Positions 54,661 to 64,000 of a stretch of 64,000 nt of DNA are shown one piece after another. Position 1 is the first letter of the stretch. Each line of letters opens with the position of its first letter. Below the pieces are notes generated by a model that worked only from the letters and a program-made list of their open reading frames with translations, made no database searches and was not told the DNA's origin. Origin of the DNA: an uncultured bacterium (GTDB lineage: Bacteria; Patescibacteriota; JACMRA01); the NCBI GenBank assembly GCA_963704645.1, contig OY969926.1, positions 1,124,491-1,188,490 on the forward strand. The letters run 5' to 3'. The translations under genes and the position numbers were made by a program.

Positions 54661-57600
54661 ATGTTTTTTAAAAAAATTAAAAGCTTTGATTGGAAAAAAA
54701 CTTTTAATAGAATATTTAAATCCAAGAATAAACCTTCTTCTAAGGATGTTTATTTTGTTTCTAAAAAACAATCCACTAACCCTAATTTGAAAAATAGATT
54801 AAAATTTTTTATAGTAAAATATAGGTGGATAATTATTTTTGTTGCTGCAGTAATTGTTATAGGAACAATAGCTAACGCTGTTTTGCAATATCAAAGAATA
54901 GCTAAAGCAAACGCACCTACTATTACCTCTATCACACCCAATTCTAGTTCTATACTTGGTGGAGCAGAGGTTACTATTAATGGAACTAACTTTTCCCAGG
55001 GTGGACCCCAAAGAATTATTACAATTACAAATCCAGGAAGTACAATTACTAACTATGAGGGTAACTTTAATTTAGATACAGCAAGTTTGATAAGTGCGAA
55101 TAAATTAAGATCTGATTGTGGTGATATAAGAATTAAAGATTCTGATGGAAATACCGATTTAAACTATTGGATTGATGGACAATGTAATTCTAGTTCAACT
55201 GTTGTTTGGTTTAAGAAACCCAGCCTTCCAACTGGAAATAGCACTGTGGTTTTAAAGTACAACAACCCAAGTTTAACCAGCCTTAGTAATATTGCTAATT
55301 TTAGTTTTGGAAGTGTTTTAGCTGGAACCAATAACAAACTTTGGTTAAGTGCTAATAATATTACAACATCTACGGCTTTTACGCCTAGTTTTGAAAATGT
55401 GGATGGGGTAACAGTTAACGGAGGAGATTTAAGCAATACTGGAACTGCCAATAGCTGGATTAATGGAGCAACCTCTGTTCAAAGCATTAGCAGCGGCAAT
55501 GGCTATGTATCAAGCACTATTCTAGAAAATAACACTTACAGAATGTTTGGTTTGTCTAAGGGAAATAGTAATTCAAGTTATACAGATATTGATTTTGCCA
55601 TGTACCCAGCTAACGACGGAAATATATACGTCTACGAAGGTGGTAGTGGTATTACAAGTTTAGGGACTTATTCAAACGGCGATGTATTAAGTGTGGAGGC
55701 TAGTGGAGATAAAATTTTATATAAGAAAAATGGAATTACTCTTTATGTAAGCGGGGCTACTTTGACATCAAATAGTTACCCATTACTTTTTGACAGTTCT
55801 TTATATTCAGCTGGTGCCACTTTGAAAGATGTGAAAATTTGTATTGGTATTTGTGATGGATCTAGCATACAAACTTGGAATGACAGAAGTGGAAATGGAA
55901 ATAATGCTACTCAAACTACAGTCGCAAATAGGCCGCAAATAAAAACCAATATTCAGAATGGAAAGCCTGCGATTCAGTTTGACGGAAATAATGACAGGAT
56001 GCAATTTACTCCGCTGACACTTTCTAGTGATAACGCCTTTTACACTGCATTTACCCCTAGGCCAAGCTCTGACACGTATGGAGCTGTTTTTTCTGAAAAT
56101 AATATTAGAGGTTTTTACTATCGTGGATCAACCAGATTAATGAGTTATTATTATAGTTCTTCTGATCACCATAATACAACACCAATAATAGAAAATTTGG
56201 CCAATGTTTATGGTTCAAATAGTGTTTTTGGAAATGTAGCATATTACCTTAACGGATCAAGCAATGGTACAAGCTCTGCATCTACTGGTTTTAGTGCTGA
56301 TACTATTGGTGATGATGATTCTAGCGAAACATTTAAGGGTGATATACTGGAATTATTTTCATTTAACGCTTCTTTACCTGAGCAAGATCGTCAAAGTGTA
56401 GAAACTTATCTAAACTCAAAATATAATCTTTATGGCACAAACCCAACGCTAAGTATTGCCAGTGAAAGCATTACAACAGCATCTATTAGTTTTGGTGGAA
56501 ATGTTGGAACTAATCTGCAATATATTTCCCCTACACAGGTTAAAATTACAGTCCCAGCTTCTACATTACCTGGTAATAAAAATGGCTCTGTAGACGTTGT
56601 TCTTGTTAACCCCGACGGTAGTAGTGTTACTTTAACTAATGGATTTAGTTATGGCGATCCAATTATCACTTCTATCACTCCAAACAGTGGAAATACACTT
56701 GGAGGGTATGAAGTAACAATAAATGGAACAAATTTTGCGAAAAGTGGAATAGAAAGAGCAGTTGCAATAAATAATCCTGGATTAAGCATTAATAACTATG
56801 AAGGAAAATTAACCTTAGACACCGCAAGCCTTATAACTGCAGGGAAATTAAGATCTGATTGCGGGGATATTAGAATTAAAGATAACAATGGAACTACAGA
56901 CCTAGGTTATTGGTTAGAAAGTGGATGTAATACTTCTAGCACTATAATTTGGTTTAAAAAAACTAGCCTACCAAACGGTAGTAGTAATATTTACTTGAAG
57001 TATGGCCTGCCTGAATTAACCAGTCAAAGTAATATTTCTAATGTATCTTTTGCTTCTGTATTGGCGGGTAGCAATGTAAAGTTTAGAATGAGTGCTGAAA
57101 ATGCCTTAACTGCCACTGAATTTACACCATCTTTTACCGATATTGTTGGTACTTCTGTTAACAATGGTACAATTGCAAGCACGGCTAGTACTGGCTGGGG
57201 TAATAGTGGACTTATTTCTAGTCAAACTATAGACTCTGGAAATGGTTATGTTTCAGCAAAATTGATCGACACCAATTCTGAAAGAATGTTTGGACTAGCA
57301 AAAAATAATACATCTGCACATTACAATGATATTGACTTTGCCATATACCCTTCTTCAGATGGTAATTTAAGGGTGTATGAGTCAGGAAACTTTATAACTA
57401 GCATAGGAACTTACACAGCTAACGATATTTTAAGTGTTGAGGCTACTGGCGATAAAATTGTTTACAAGAAAAATGGCCTTGTTTTATATACAAGTTCAAT
57501 TACTTTAACCTCAGCTAATTATCCATTAACCCTAGATACTTCACTTTATAATACAGGTTCAACATTAAGCGACATTAAAATGTGTGTTGGAATTTGTAAT

Positions 57601-60600
57601 TTATCTAGCATTCAGACACTTACTGACATTTCATCGAACGCTAATAATGCCACTCAAAATACTGCGGGCAGCAGACCTACAATATACTCAAGTGCGTTTA
57701 GTGGAAAACCAGCAATTCGTTTTGATGGTGTAAATGATACTTTATACCTATCAAATAACGCGGCAGTTGCTCAATATATAACAGTTTTTAAATCAAATGT
57801 AGCTAATTTCAACAATTATGGATCGGTTTTAGAAAATGTTTCAGGCGGTAGAATGGGTCTTTTTGAACCTGGAACAAACCAATTTCACGGCGGCCCATAT
57901 CCTTTAGCTGTAAGAAAAAATGGTACAAGTTTAACCTCACCATTTAATCTTGGAGGTATTACATTACCAATGGTTATGACACTAAACACTGCCAACCCTA
58001 TTAGTGTGAGACCAATGCAACTTGGAGCAATGGAAAACAGCTATTTTGCCAACATAGACATTGCCGAAATAATTGCCTTTGGAACTGCAAATAGTAATTC
58101 TGAAGTTCAGTCTTTAGAGAATTATTTAAATTTAAAATATAATATCTCAAGTACAAACCCTACACTTACCATTGGCTCTGAATCTGGCAATGCTGGAAAT
58201 GGAGGCCTAACTTTTGGAGGAAACTCTGCAACAAATATTCAATACATTTCTTCTGCCGAAATTAAAGCAAAAGTTCCAGCATCATCATTGCCAGGCAGTA
58301 AAAGTGGTTCTGTAGATGTAGTATTTACCAATCCTAATGGAATTAGTACCACTTTAATCAATGGTTTTAGTTATTTATCGCCAAGTATTTCTTCTATTAC
58401 ACCAAATTCCAGTGCCACACTTGGAGGAATAGAGGTAACTATAAACGGAGCAAATTTTGCCAATAGTGGCTATAAAAAACTTTTAACCATTACAAATTCT
58501 GGTGGCAGTGCTAGTAATGTTAAAACTTCTGTTTTGGTAGATACAGCAAGTTTAATTTCTGCAGGAAAAATGCGTAATGATTGCGGCGATCTTCGTATAA
58601 AAAATAATGATGAAAGCATAAATTTGAATTATTGGATAGAACAAGGTTGCAACACTAGCTCTACTTTAATTCACATTTCCATACCAAGTTTATCTGTGGG
58701 AGAAAATATCTTTTACTTGAAATATGGCGACTCTGTGCTTGTTTCTGAAAGTAGCAGAGACGCTGTATATCCTGTTTTTGCAACAAATTCTAGTTCTTTA
58801 AAACAATGGATAAAGTCTACAGACGGTACCAGTACCACAACAAACGGAGCTACTGTAACCAGTATTGAAGATAAATCTGGAAATAATAATAATTGGAGTG
58901 TTCAAAGTGGTTATTCTGGTGCAACTTATAATCCAACCGGGTTGAACGGTAAACCAAGCTTGTCTTTCAATGGTTCAAACAGTTACCAGTTTACAAATAG
59001 GTTAACTGATATTCGTACTGTGATAATGTTTTGGAACGAGACAGCTGCAGGAAGCGGATCTGGTTCGTTTATACTTGGAGATACCAGTAGTTACGACTTC
59101 CATAGAAGTGGAAATAATTATCTTGCAAACTGTTACAATTCTTATGTTTGCAATGGAACTTTTAGAATAAACGGCACAGGTGTAGCGCCAACTTCAGCTC
59201 AAGCAGTTTATAATTCTCCTGTAATTTTATCTATAATTACAAATGGTGGCACTGCGGCGGCCAATACATTTGATAAAGATAGAACATATCATGGTCCGTT
59301 TATTGGTCAATTTGGTGAGAGTATGATATTTAACCAGTCACTTTCAGTTGATGATGTTGCAAGTTTGGAACAATATATTAGTGCAAAATATAGCTTAAAC
59401 AGCACTTACAATTTGGTCTTAGGAGGTGAATCTGGAAGCGGAAACGGAAGTATTAGCTTTGGAGGAAACCCTGCAACTAATATTCAATTTATTTCATCAA
59501 ATCAGCTTAAAGCTACTGTGCCAGCTTCTACACTAAGTGGAAATAAAACTGGCTCTGTTGATGTAACAGTTACCAACCCTGATGGAAGCAATGGAACTTT
59601 CAGCAATGGTTTTACTTATGTAGCCCCAGTTGTAACAAGTATTTCTCCAAATAGTGGGCCAAATATAGGTGGAACTTTTGTAACTATTTCTGGTAGTAAT
59701 TTTAGCAACCTTAGAAGTGCAGGTGCATTAATTTCAAGACAAATTACAATTACAAACCCTGGTAGTACAATTACAAATTATGAAGGAAACGTTACTTTAG
59801 ATACAGCTTCATTAATATCAGCAAATAAATTAAGAAGTGATTGTGGAGATATTAGAGTAAAAGATTCTGATGGAAATACAGATTTAAACTATTGGATAGA
59901 TGGAGATTGCAATAGCGCCAACACTGTTATTTGGTTTAAGAAGCCTAGCCTTTTAGCAGATAATAATACTGTAATTTTAAAGTATGGAGATTCAAATTTA
60001 ACTACTCAAAGTAATATAAATAATTTTAGTTTTGGTTCAGTTTTAACTTCAACAAATAATAAGCTTTGGGTAAGTGCAAACTCTGGCGTAGGAACTTCAA
60101 TTGATGGAGGAGCTATTTCAAGTTGGATGGATAGAAGTGGAAATGGAAATAATGCAACCCAAATTACAACAACTAACCAACCGACACTTAGAAATAAAGT
60201 TCAAAATGGAAAACCTGCAGTTAGATTTGATGGTGTAAATGACTCAATTACTTTTGGAGATCTGGAAATTTCAAACACAAAAAACATCAGTTTCATTACA
60301 GTTTTCAAAACACCAAGAATTCGACAGTATGATGGTATTTTTACTAAAAGTTATTCGGCTTATGGGGCTTATTTAGGTGGAGATTACGCTGGAAATAGTG
60401 GAAAAGTTGAATTCTTTGTTGATTCTAGTAGGCCTGGAGGGGCTTTTGCGCTTTCAAATTCTGCTTTAAACAATAATTTAGGGAATTTAGTAATTGGAAC
60501 GTACGATGGTAATTTGGCAAATGAAAATTTAAAAATGTTTGTAAACGGAAGTCAACAGACAAAAACTGGTAACAGTACTGTAAATATTCCAGATTCATCA

Positions 60601-63600
60601 GACAAATTGACTTTAGGTGCTGAAGAAGGCTCCTCATCTTCTGGGTATAATTTAGAAGGTGATATTATCGAAAGCTTGGCTTTTAATAGCACCCTGTCTG
60701 ATACTGATCGTCAGAATCTTGAAACTTATTTAAATACTAAATATAATCTTTATAACACAACAACTCTTCCCACTGCAGCTTTAGACAGTGCCGAGACAAA
60801 TTTCTCAATTAGCATAAATGGTAATAATTTAGATAACGCCAAGTTTATTTCATCAACTAGTTTGACAGGCTATGTTCCAGCTGGAACAGGAACGCAAAGT
60901 GTAACAGTAACAAACTCAGATGGCACAAACGGAACTCTTTCAAATGGTTTTACCTATGGTGTAAACGGTGTACCAAATCCAATTTTTGATCTTGCCATTA
61001 ACAATACGCAAAACGAAAGTGTGCCACTGGCTTGGACAGCACCTTCTAATAATGGGTCGGCAATTACCGATTATATAATAAAATATAGTACAGACAACTT
61101 CGCTACTGAAACAATAGTAAATGATGGGGTAAACGCGAATACAAACTATACAATAACTGGTTTAACACCTGGGACTAGTTATAAATTTAAAGTAATTTCA
61201 GTGAATGGAATTGGAAATAGTATTGATTCAAATGTGGTTACCCTATCAAGTTTTGACTGCGATACCAACCTAAATGGAGCTGATTTTACACCTGCAAATG
61301 GTGCAACTTTAACTGGGCGTTATTGTAACATTGGCACTTTTACAATTTCTAGTGGGTTTACTGTAAGTACTGCAGTAGAGTCAAAAGTTAAAATCTATGC
61401 TCAAAATGCAAATATATTGGGAACACTAAGCGCCAACTCCAAAGGTTTCCTAGGGGGATTGCAAACAGGTAATGCTTCAGGCAACGGTTTAGGTGCTGGA
61501 GGTGGAGTTTATGCTGGAAATGGAGGTGCTGGAGGTGGCTATGGTGGAAATGGTGGAAGATATAGTAATGCTTCTGGCGGTATTGCTTATGGTTCTATAA
61601 CAGAACCTACAGATCTTGGAAGTGGTGGTTCAACTTATGGAAATTCTATAAGCTATCCTGGTGGAAATGGTGGAGGATCTATTAAATTAAATATTACAAA
61701 TACTTTAACTAATAATGGAAGTATTGCTGTAAATGGAGATAATTCTGCAAGTTATGGTGGTGGTGGAAGTGGAGGTAGTATCTGGATTACTAGTAATACT
61801 TTAGCTGGTACTGGTACTTTAACTGCCAATGGAGGAAATAATCCAAGTGGTTCCAACGGTGGTGGAAGCGGTGGTAGAATTGCTTTATACTATAACACTA
61901 AGACTTTATCTGGAAGTGTAAGTGCTATTGGCGGAACTGGAGGACAAAATGGTGGAGCTGGAACTGTCTATGAGAAAGTAAGCTCTCAAACATACGGAAG
62001 CCTAAAGATAGATAATGGTAACATAAGTGGATCCGATAGCGCAGCAACAATAATTAATTCAAGTTACCTAGTTTTAAACTCACTAGATAATCTTATTGTT
62101 ACTAATAAAGCCAATGCTGCTTTAAATAAAGATTTAACGATTATAAATACAAGTTTAGATATTAATGTTGGAACAACTTTTACAGTTAACAACACCCTAA
62201 CTTCAAATAACCTTTCAACGCTAACCAACTCTGGAACTTTCAATTTTTCAACCACGGGTAATTGGATAAGCAATAGTCTTTCAAGCGTTACAATTTCAGG
62301 GCTTTTAACCCTAAATACTTACATGCTTCCAACTATAAACACTGTCACTATTGAAAGTGGTGGCAACTTAACATCAAGCCAAAATACTACATTAGCCAAC
62401 ACCCCATATAAAAAAATTGATCTAAATATCAATAACCTAACTGTTAATAGTGGTGGGCAAATTCAAACCAACTCCAAAGGTTTCCTAGGGGGATTGCAAA
62501 CAGGTAATGCTTCAGGCAACGGTTTAGGTGCTGGAGGTGGAGTTTATGCTGGAAATGGAGGTGCTGGAGGTGGCTATGGTGGAAATGGTGGAAGATATAG
62601 TAATGCTTCTGGCGGTATTGCTTATGGTTCTATAACAGAACCTACAGATCTTGGAAGTGGTGGTTCAACTTATGGAAATTCTATAAGCTATCCTGGTGGA
62701 AATGGTGGAGGATCTATTAAATTAAATATTACAAATACTTTAACTAATAATGGAAGTATTGCTGTAAATGGAGATAATTCTGCAAGTTATGGTGGTGGTG
62801 GAAGTGGAGGTAGTATCTGGATTACTAGTAATACTTTAGCTGGTACTGGTACTTTAACTGCCAATGGAGGAAATAATCCAAGTGGTTCCAACGGTGGTGG
62901 AAGCGGTGGTAGAATTGCTTTATACTATAACACTAAGACTTTATCTGGAAGTGTAAGTGCTATTGGCGGAACTGGAGGACAAAATGGTGGAGCTGGAACT
63001 GTCTATGAGAAAGTTGGAAATGATGAATTTGGAAGTCTTACAATTAGCAGTAGTGGAACATTGGGTGCAGCCACTGAGATTAATAATACTTTTTATCCGG
63101 TCAACACTTTTAAAAATCTAACTGTTACTACAGGGTCAGTTTTAATTCAAAATAAAGCTTTAACTTTACAAAATATTGTATTTACTATTCCTACAAATTC
63201 ATATTTTTACCAAGACCAGCCCCTAACCTATACAAATATCCTTTCTGATATTAACATTTCAGGTTATTGGGAATCTAAATCTAGCCCTACAAATACCTCT
63301 CAAGCCAATCTAAATGTAAATAGTGGTGGAAACTTAACTACAAGCCAAAACACCACAGATGCAGCAAATTTAAATTACAAAATAGATTTAACTTTCAATA
63401 ACATTACTGTTAGCAGCGGGGGTCAAATTCAAACTAATGAGAAAGGTTTTCAAGGAGGATATAATGGAAACACTTCATTTTCAGGATATGGACCAGGTGG
63501 AGGTGTTACTGCTTCAAGCAACGGTGGAGGAGGAGGTGGCTATGGTGGAACAGGAGGCAAGTTCAATGTTACAACTGGTGGAAGCACATATGGTTCCATT

Positions 63601-64000
63601 AGCGAGCCATCTGACCTGGGAAGCGGCGGAGCTACATATTCATTTACTTCTTCGTATCCAGGTGGGAATGGTGGAGGGGCAATTAAATTAAGCGCTAATG
63701 CAACTTTTACAAACAATGGTACAATTTCTGCAAATGGGGGAAATTCTCCAAACTATGGTGGTGGTGGAAGTGGTGGAAGTATCTGGATTACTAGTAACAC
63801 TTTAGCTGGAACAGGAAATACAACTGCCAATGGAGGAAATAATACAAGCGGTTCCAATGGCGGAGGAGGAGGTGGTAGAATTGCTTTATACTATAACAAC
63901 AAGACTTTATCTGGGATTGTAACTGCAAATGGAGGGACTGGACAGCAAAATGGTGGAGCTGGGACTATTTACGAACCAAATACACCTCAAACTGGTTTGA
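54661..64000 (+). CDS. giant surface protein, 3' end outside window (>3,110 aa): [IPT/TIG - DUF2341-like - jelly-roll - LamG - IPT] x4, FN3, then Gly-rich beta-solenoid repeats
   Basis: Absent from the ORF track but open in frame 1 from ATG 54661 (TAG at 54613-54615 upstream) to the last base. I checked the frame at 56641, 59620 and 61432. N-terminal TM WIIIFVAAVIVIGTIANAVL. Modules start at about 54913, 56656, 58378 and 59620. DUF2341-like CGDIRIKDSDGNTDLNYWI. LamG-like W.DRSGNGNNATQ...GKPAI.FDG. FN3 at about 60975-61250. Confidence 0.9.
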   Translation, partial: MFFKKIKSFDWKKTFNRIFKSKNKPSSKDVYFVSKKQSTNPNLKNRLKFFIVKYRWIIIFVAAVIVIGTIANAVLQYQRIAKANAPTITSITPNSSSILGGAEVTINGTNFSQGGPQRIITITNPGSTITNYEGNFNLDTASLISANKLRSDCGDIRIKDSDGNTDLNYWIDGQCNSSSTVVWFKKPSLPTGNSTVVLKYNNPSLTSLSNIANFSFGSVLAGTNNKLWLSANNITTSTAFTPSFENVDGVTVNGGDLSNTGTANSWINGATSVQSISSGNGYVSSTILENNTYRMFGLSKGNSNSSYTDIDFAMYPANDGNIYVYEGGSGITSLGTYSNGDVLSVEASGDKILYKKNGITLYVSGATLTSNSYPLLFDSSLYSAGATLKDVKICIGICDGSSIQTWNDRSGNGNNATQTTVANRPQIKTNIQNGKPAIQFDGNNDRMQFTPLTLSSDNAFYTAFTPRPSSDTYGAVFSENNIRGFYYRGSTRLMSYYYSSSDHHNTTPIIENLANVYGSNSVFGNVAYYLNGSSNGTSSASTGFSADTIGDDDSSETFKGDILELFSFNASLPEQDRQSVETYLNSKYNLYGTNPTLSIASESITTASISFGGNVGTNLQYISPTQVKITVPASTLPGNKNGSVDVVLVNPDGSSVTLTNGFSYGDPIITSITPNSGNTLGGYEVTINGTNFAKSGIERAVAINNPGLSINNYEGKLTLDTASLITAGKLRSDCGDIRIKDNNGTTDLGYWLESGCNTSSTIIWFKKTSLPNGSSNIYLKYGLPELTSQSNISNVSFASVLAGSNVKFRMSAENALTATEFTPSFTDIVGTSVNNGTIASTASTGWGNSGLISSQTIDSGNGYVSAKLIDTNSERMFGLAKNNTSAHYNDIDFAIYPSSDGNLRVYESGNFITSIGTYTANDILSVEATGDKIVYKKNGLVLYTSSITLTSANYPLTLDTSLYNTGSTLSDIKMCVGICNLSSIQTLTDISSNANNATQNTAGSRPTIYSSAFSGKPAIRFDGVNDTLYLSNNAAVAQYITVFKSNVANFNNYGSVLENVSGGRMGLFEPGTNQFHGGPYPLAVRKNGTSLTSPFNLGGITLPMVMTLNTANPISVRPMQLGAMENSYFANIDIAEIIAFGTANSNSEVQSLENYLNLKYNISSTNPTLTIGSESGNAGNGGLTFGGNSATNIQYISSAEIKAKVPASSLPGSKSGSVDVVFTNPNGISTTLINGFSYLSPSISSITPNSSATLGGIEVTINGANFANSGYKKLLTITNSGGSASNVKTSVLVDTASLISAGKMRNDCGDLRIKNNDESINLNYWIEQGCNTSSTLIHISIPSLSVGENIFYLKYGDSVLVSESSRDAVYPVFATNSSSLKQWIKSTDGTSTTTNGATVTSIEDKSGNNNNWSVQSGYSGATYNPTGLNGKPSLSFNGSNSYQFTNRLTDIRTVIMFWNETAAGSGSGSFILGDTSSYDFHRSGNNYLANCYNSYVCNGTFRINGTGVAPTSAQAVYNSPVILSIITNGGTAAANTFDKDRTYHGPFIGQFGESMIFNQSLSVDDVASLEQYISAKYSLNSTYNLVLGGESGSGNGSISFGGNPATNIQFISSNQLKATVPASTLSGNKTGSVDVTVTNPDGSNGTFSNGFTYVAPVVTSISPNSGPNIGGTFVTISGSNFSNLRSAGALISRQITITNPGSTITNYEGNVTLDTASLISANKLRSDCGDIRVKDSDGNTDLNYWIDGDCNSANTVIWFKKPSLLADNNTVILKYGDSNLTTQSNINNFSFGSVLTSTNNKLWVSANSGVGTSIDGGAISSWMDRSGNGNNATQITTTNQPTLRNKVQNGKPAVRFDGVNDSITFGDLEISNTKNISFITVFKTPRIRQYDGIFTKSYSAYGAYLGGDYAGNSGKVEFFVDSSRPGGAFALSNSALNNNLGNLVIGTYDGNLANENLKMFVNGSQQTKTGNSTVNIPDSSDKLTLGAEEGSSSSGYNLEGDIIESLAFNSTLSDTDRQNLETYLNTKYNLYNTTTLPTAALDSAETNFSISINGNNLDNAKFISSTSLTGYVPAGTGTQSVTVTNSDGTNGTLSNGFTYGVNGVPNPIFDLAINNTQNESVPLAWTAPSNNGSAITDYIIKYSTDNFATETIVNDGVNANTNYTITGLTPGTSYKFKVISVNGIGNSIDSNVVTLSSFDCDTNLNGADFTPANGATLTGRYCNIGTFTISSGFTVSTAVESKVKIYAQNANILGTLSANSKGFLGGLQTGNASGNGLGAGGGVYAGNGGAGGGYGGNGGRYSNASGGIAYGSITEPTDLGSGGSTYGNSISYPGGNGGGSIKLNITNTLTNNGSIAVNGDNSASYGGGGSGGSIWITSNTLAGTGTLTANGGNNPSGSNGGGSGGRIALYYNTKTLSGSVSAIGGTGGQNGGAGTVYEKVSSQTYGSLKIDNGNISGSDSAATIINSSYLVLNSLDNLIVTNKANAALNKDLTIINTSLDINVGTTFTVNNTLTSNNLSTLTNSGTFNFSTTGNWISNSLSSVTISGLLTLNTYMLPTINTVTIESGGNLTSSQNTTLANTPYKKIDLNINNLTVNSGGQIQTNSKGFLGGLQTGNASGNGLGAGGGVYAGNGGAGGGYGGNGGRYSNASGGIAYGSITEPTDLGSGGSTYGNSISYPGGNGGGSIKLNITNTLTNNGSIAVNGDNSASYGGGGSGGSIWITSNTLAGTGTLTANGGNNPSGSNGGGSGGRIALYYNTKTLSGSVSAIGGTGGQNGGAGTVYEKVGNDEFGSLTISSSGTLGAATEINNTFYPVNTFKNLTVTTGSVLIQNKALTLQNIVFTIPTNSYFYQDQPLTYTNILSDINISGYWESKSSPTNTSQANLNVNSGGNLTTSQNTTDAANLNYKIDLTFNNITVSSGGQIQTNEKGFQGGYNGNTSFSGYGPGGGVTASSNGGGGGGYGGTGGKFNVTTGGSTYGSISEPSDLGSGGATYSFTSSYPGGNGGGAIKLSANATFTNNGTISANGGNSPNYGGGGSGGSIWITSNTLAGTGNTTANGGNNTSGSNGGGGGGRIALYYNNKTLSGIVTANGGTGQQNGGAGTIYEPNTPQTGL
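61433..61979 (+). repeat. 547-bp direct repeat, copy 1 (Gly-rich solenoid unit)
   Basis: Base-for-base identical to 62468-63014 by direct comparison. Confidence 0.95.
62468..63014 (+). repeat. 547-bp direct repeat, copy 2
   Basis: The offset of 1,035 bp (345 codons) keeps the frame. A diverged third unit starts near 63437. Confidence 0.95.

Noticed and set aside
63437-63691. 84-aa + strand ORF listed by the track inside the Gly-rich region.
   Set aside because: It is out of frame with the giant ORF, which is open through this region. Its Met/Glu/Val-rich product is a frame-shifted reading of GGN-rich codons.
1-64000. Alternative genetic code (UGA or UAG reassignment), as seen in some candidate phyla.
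   Set aside because: Long, motif-complete ORFs are obtained with the standard code. TGA, TAG and TAA all terminate well-defined genes at expected lengths. For example, TGA ends the RAYT gene 4 nt before the helicase start, and TAG ends radA.
1-64000. CRISPR arrays or a diversity-generating retroelement, both of which are common in CPR genomes.
   Set aside because: I saw no regularly spaced 25-40-nt direct repeats with unique spacers. The only tandem array has contiguous 12-bp units. No reverse-transcriptase ORF (YxDD block) is present to support a DGR, and I noticed no template/variable repeat pair.

Overview
This is an AT-rich (about one-third GC by eye), tightly packed bacterial window that reads cleanly with the standard genetic code. 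The gene content suggests a reduced-genome, probably Patescibacteria/CPR-like organism (inference): phosphoketolase plus acetate kinase, a thin housekeeping set (radA, ssb, hisS, rel, a class B PBP), several giant surface proteins and many small orphans. I call about 50 CDS and one tRNA (Ile, anticodon UAU). There is one intact IS481-like element plus a solo copy of its left end 45 kb away. I also call a type II R-M pair, a VapBC pair and two solo MazF/PemK paralogs. The ORF track omits the largest gene, a reading frame open from ATG 54661 to the window end (over 3,110 codons), presumably because it has no stop inside the window. The most interesting signals are as follows. (1) An HUH/Y1 (RAYT-like) transposase gene sits 4 nt upstream of a Pif1-family SF1B helicase gene. 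A family of GTAG-plus-hairpin (REP/REPIN-like) elements is scattered through the window, and two inverted doublets are read through in frame inside the RAYT ORF itself. (2) A 369-bp GC-rich, hairpin-dense island lies between two convergent genes, and its inverted GTAGGGG termini supply both stop codons. (3) Both MazF paralogs carry the same convergent promoter-hairpin-T-run arrangement, with a compensatory stem change, so each may have a small antisense RNA partner. (4) LepA is reduced to its G domain inside an orphan-gene island next to the tRNA, and a LigA-type HhH/BRCT tail stands alone. (5) Repeat structure includes 32 perfect 12-bp units encoding (VAPS)n, a perfect in-frame 547-bp duplication in the giant gene, and tandem small-ORF cassettes with conserved flanks and diverged bodies. 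All family assignments come from motif recognition by eye; no searches were run.
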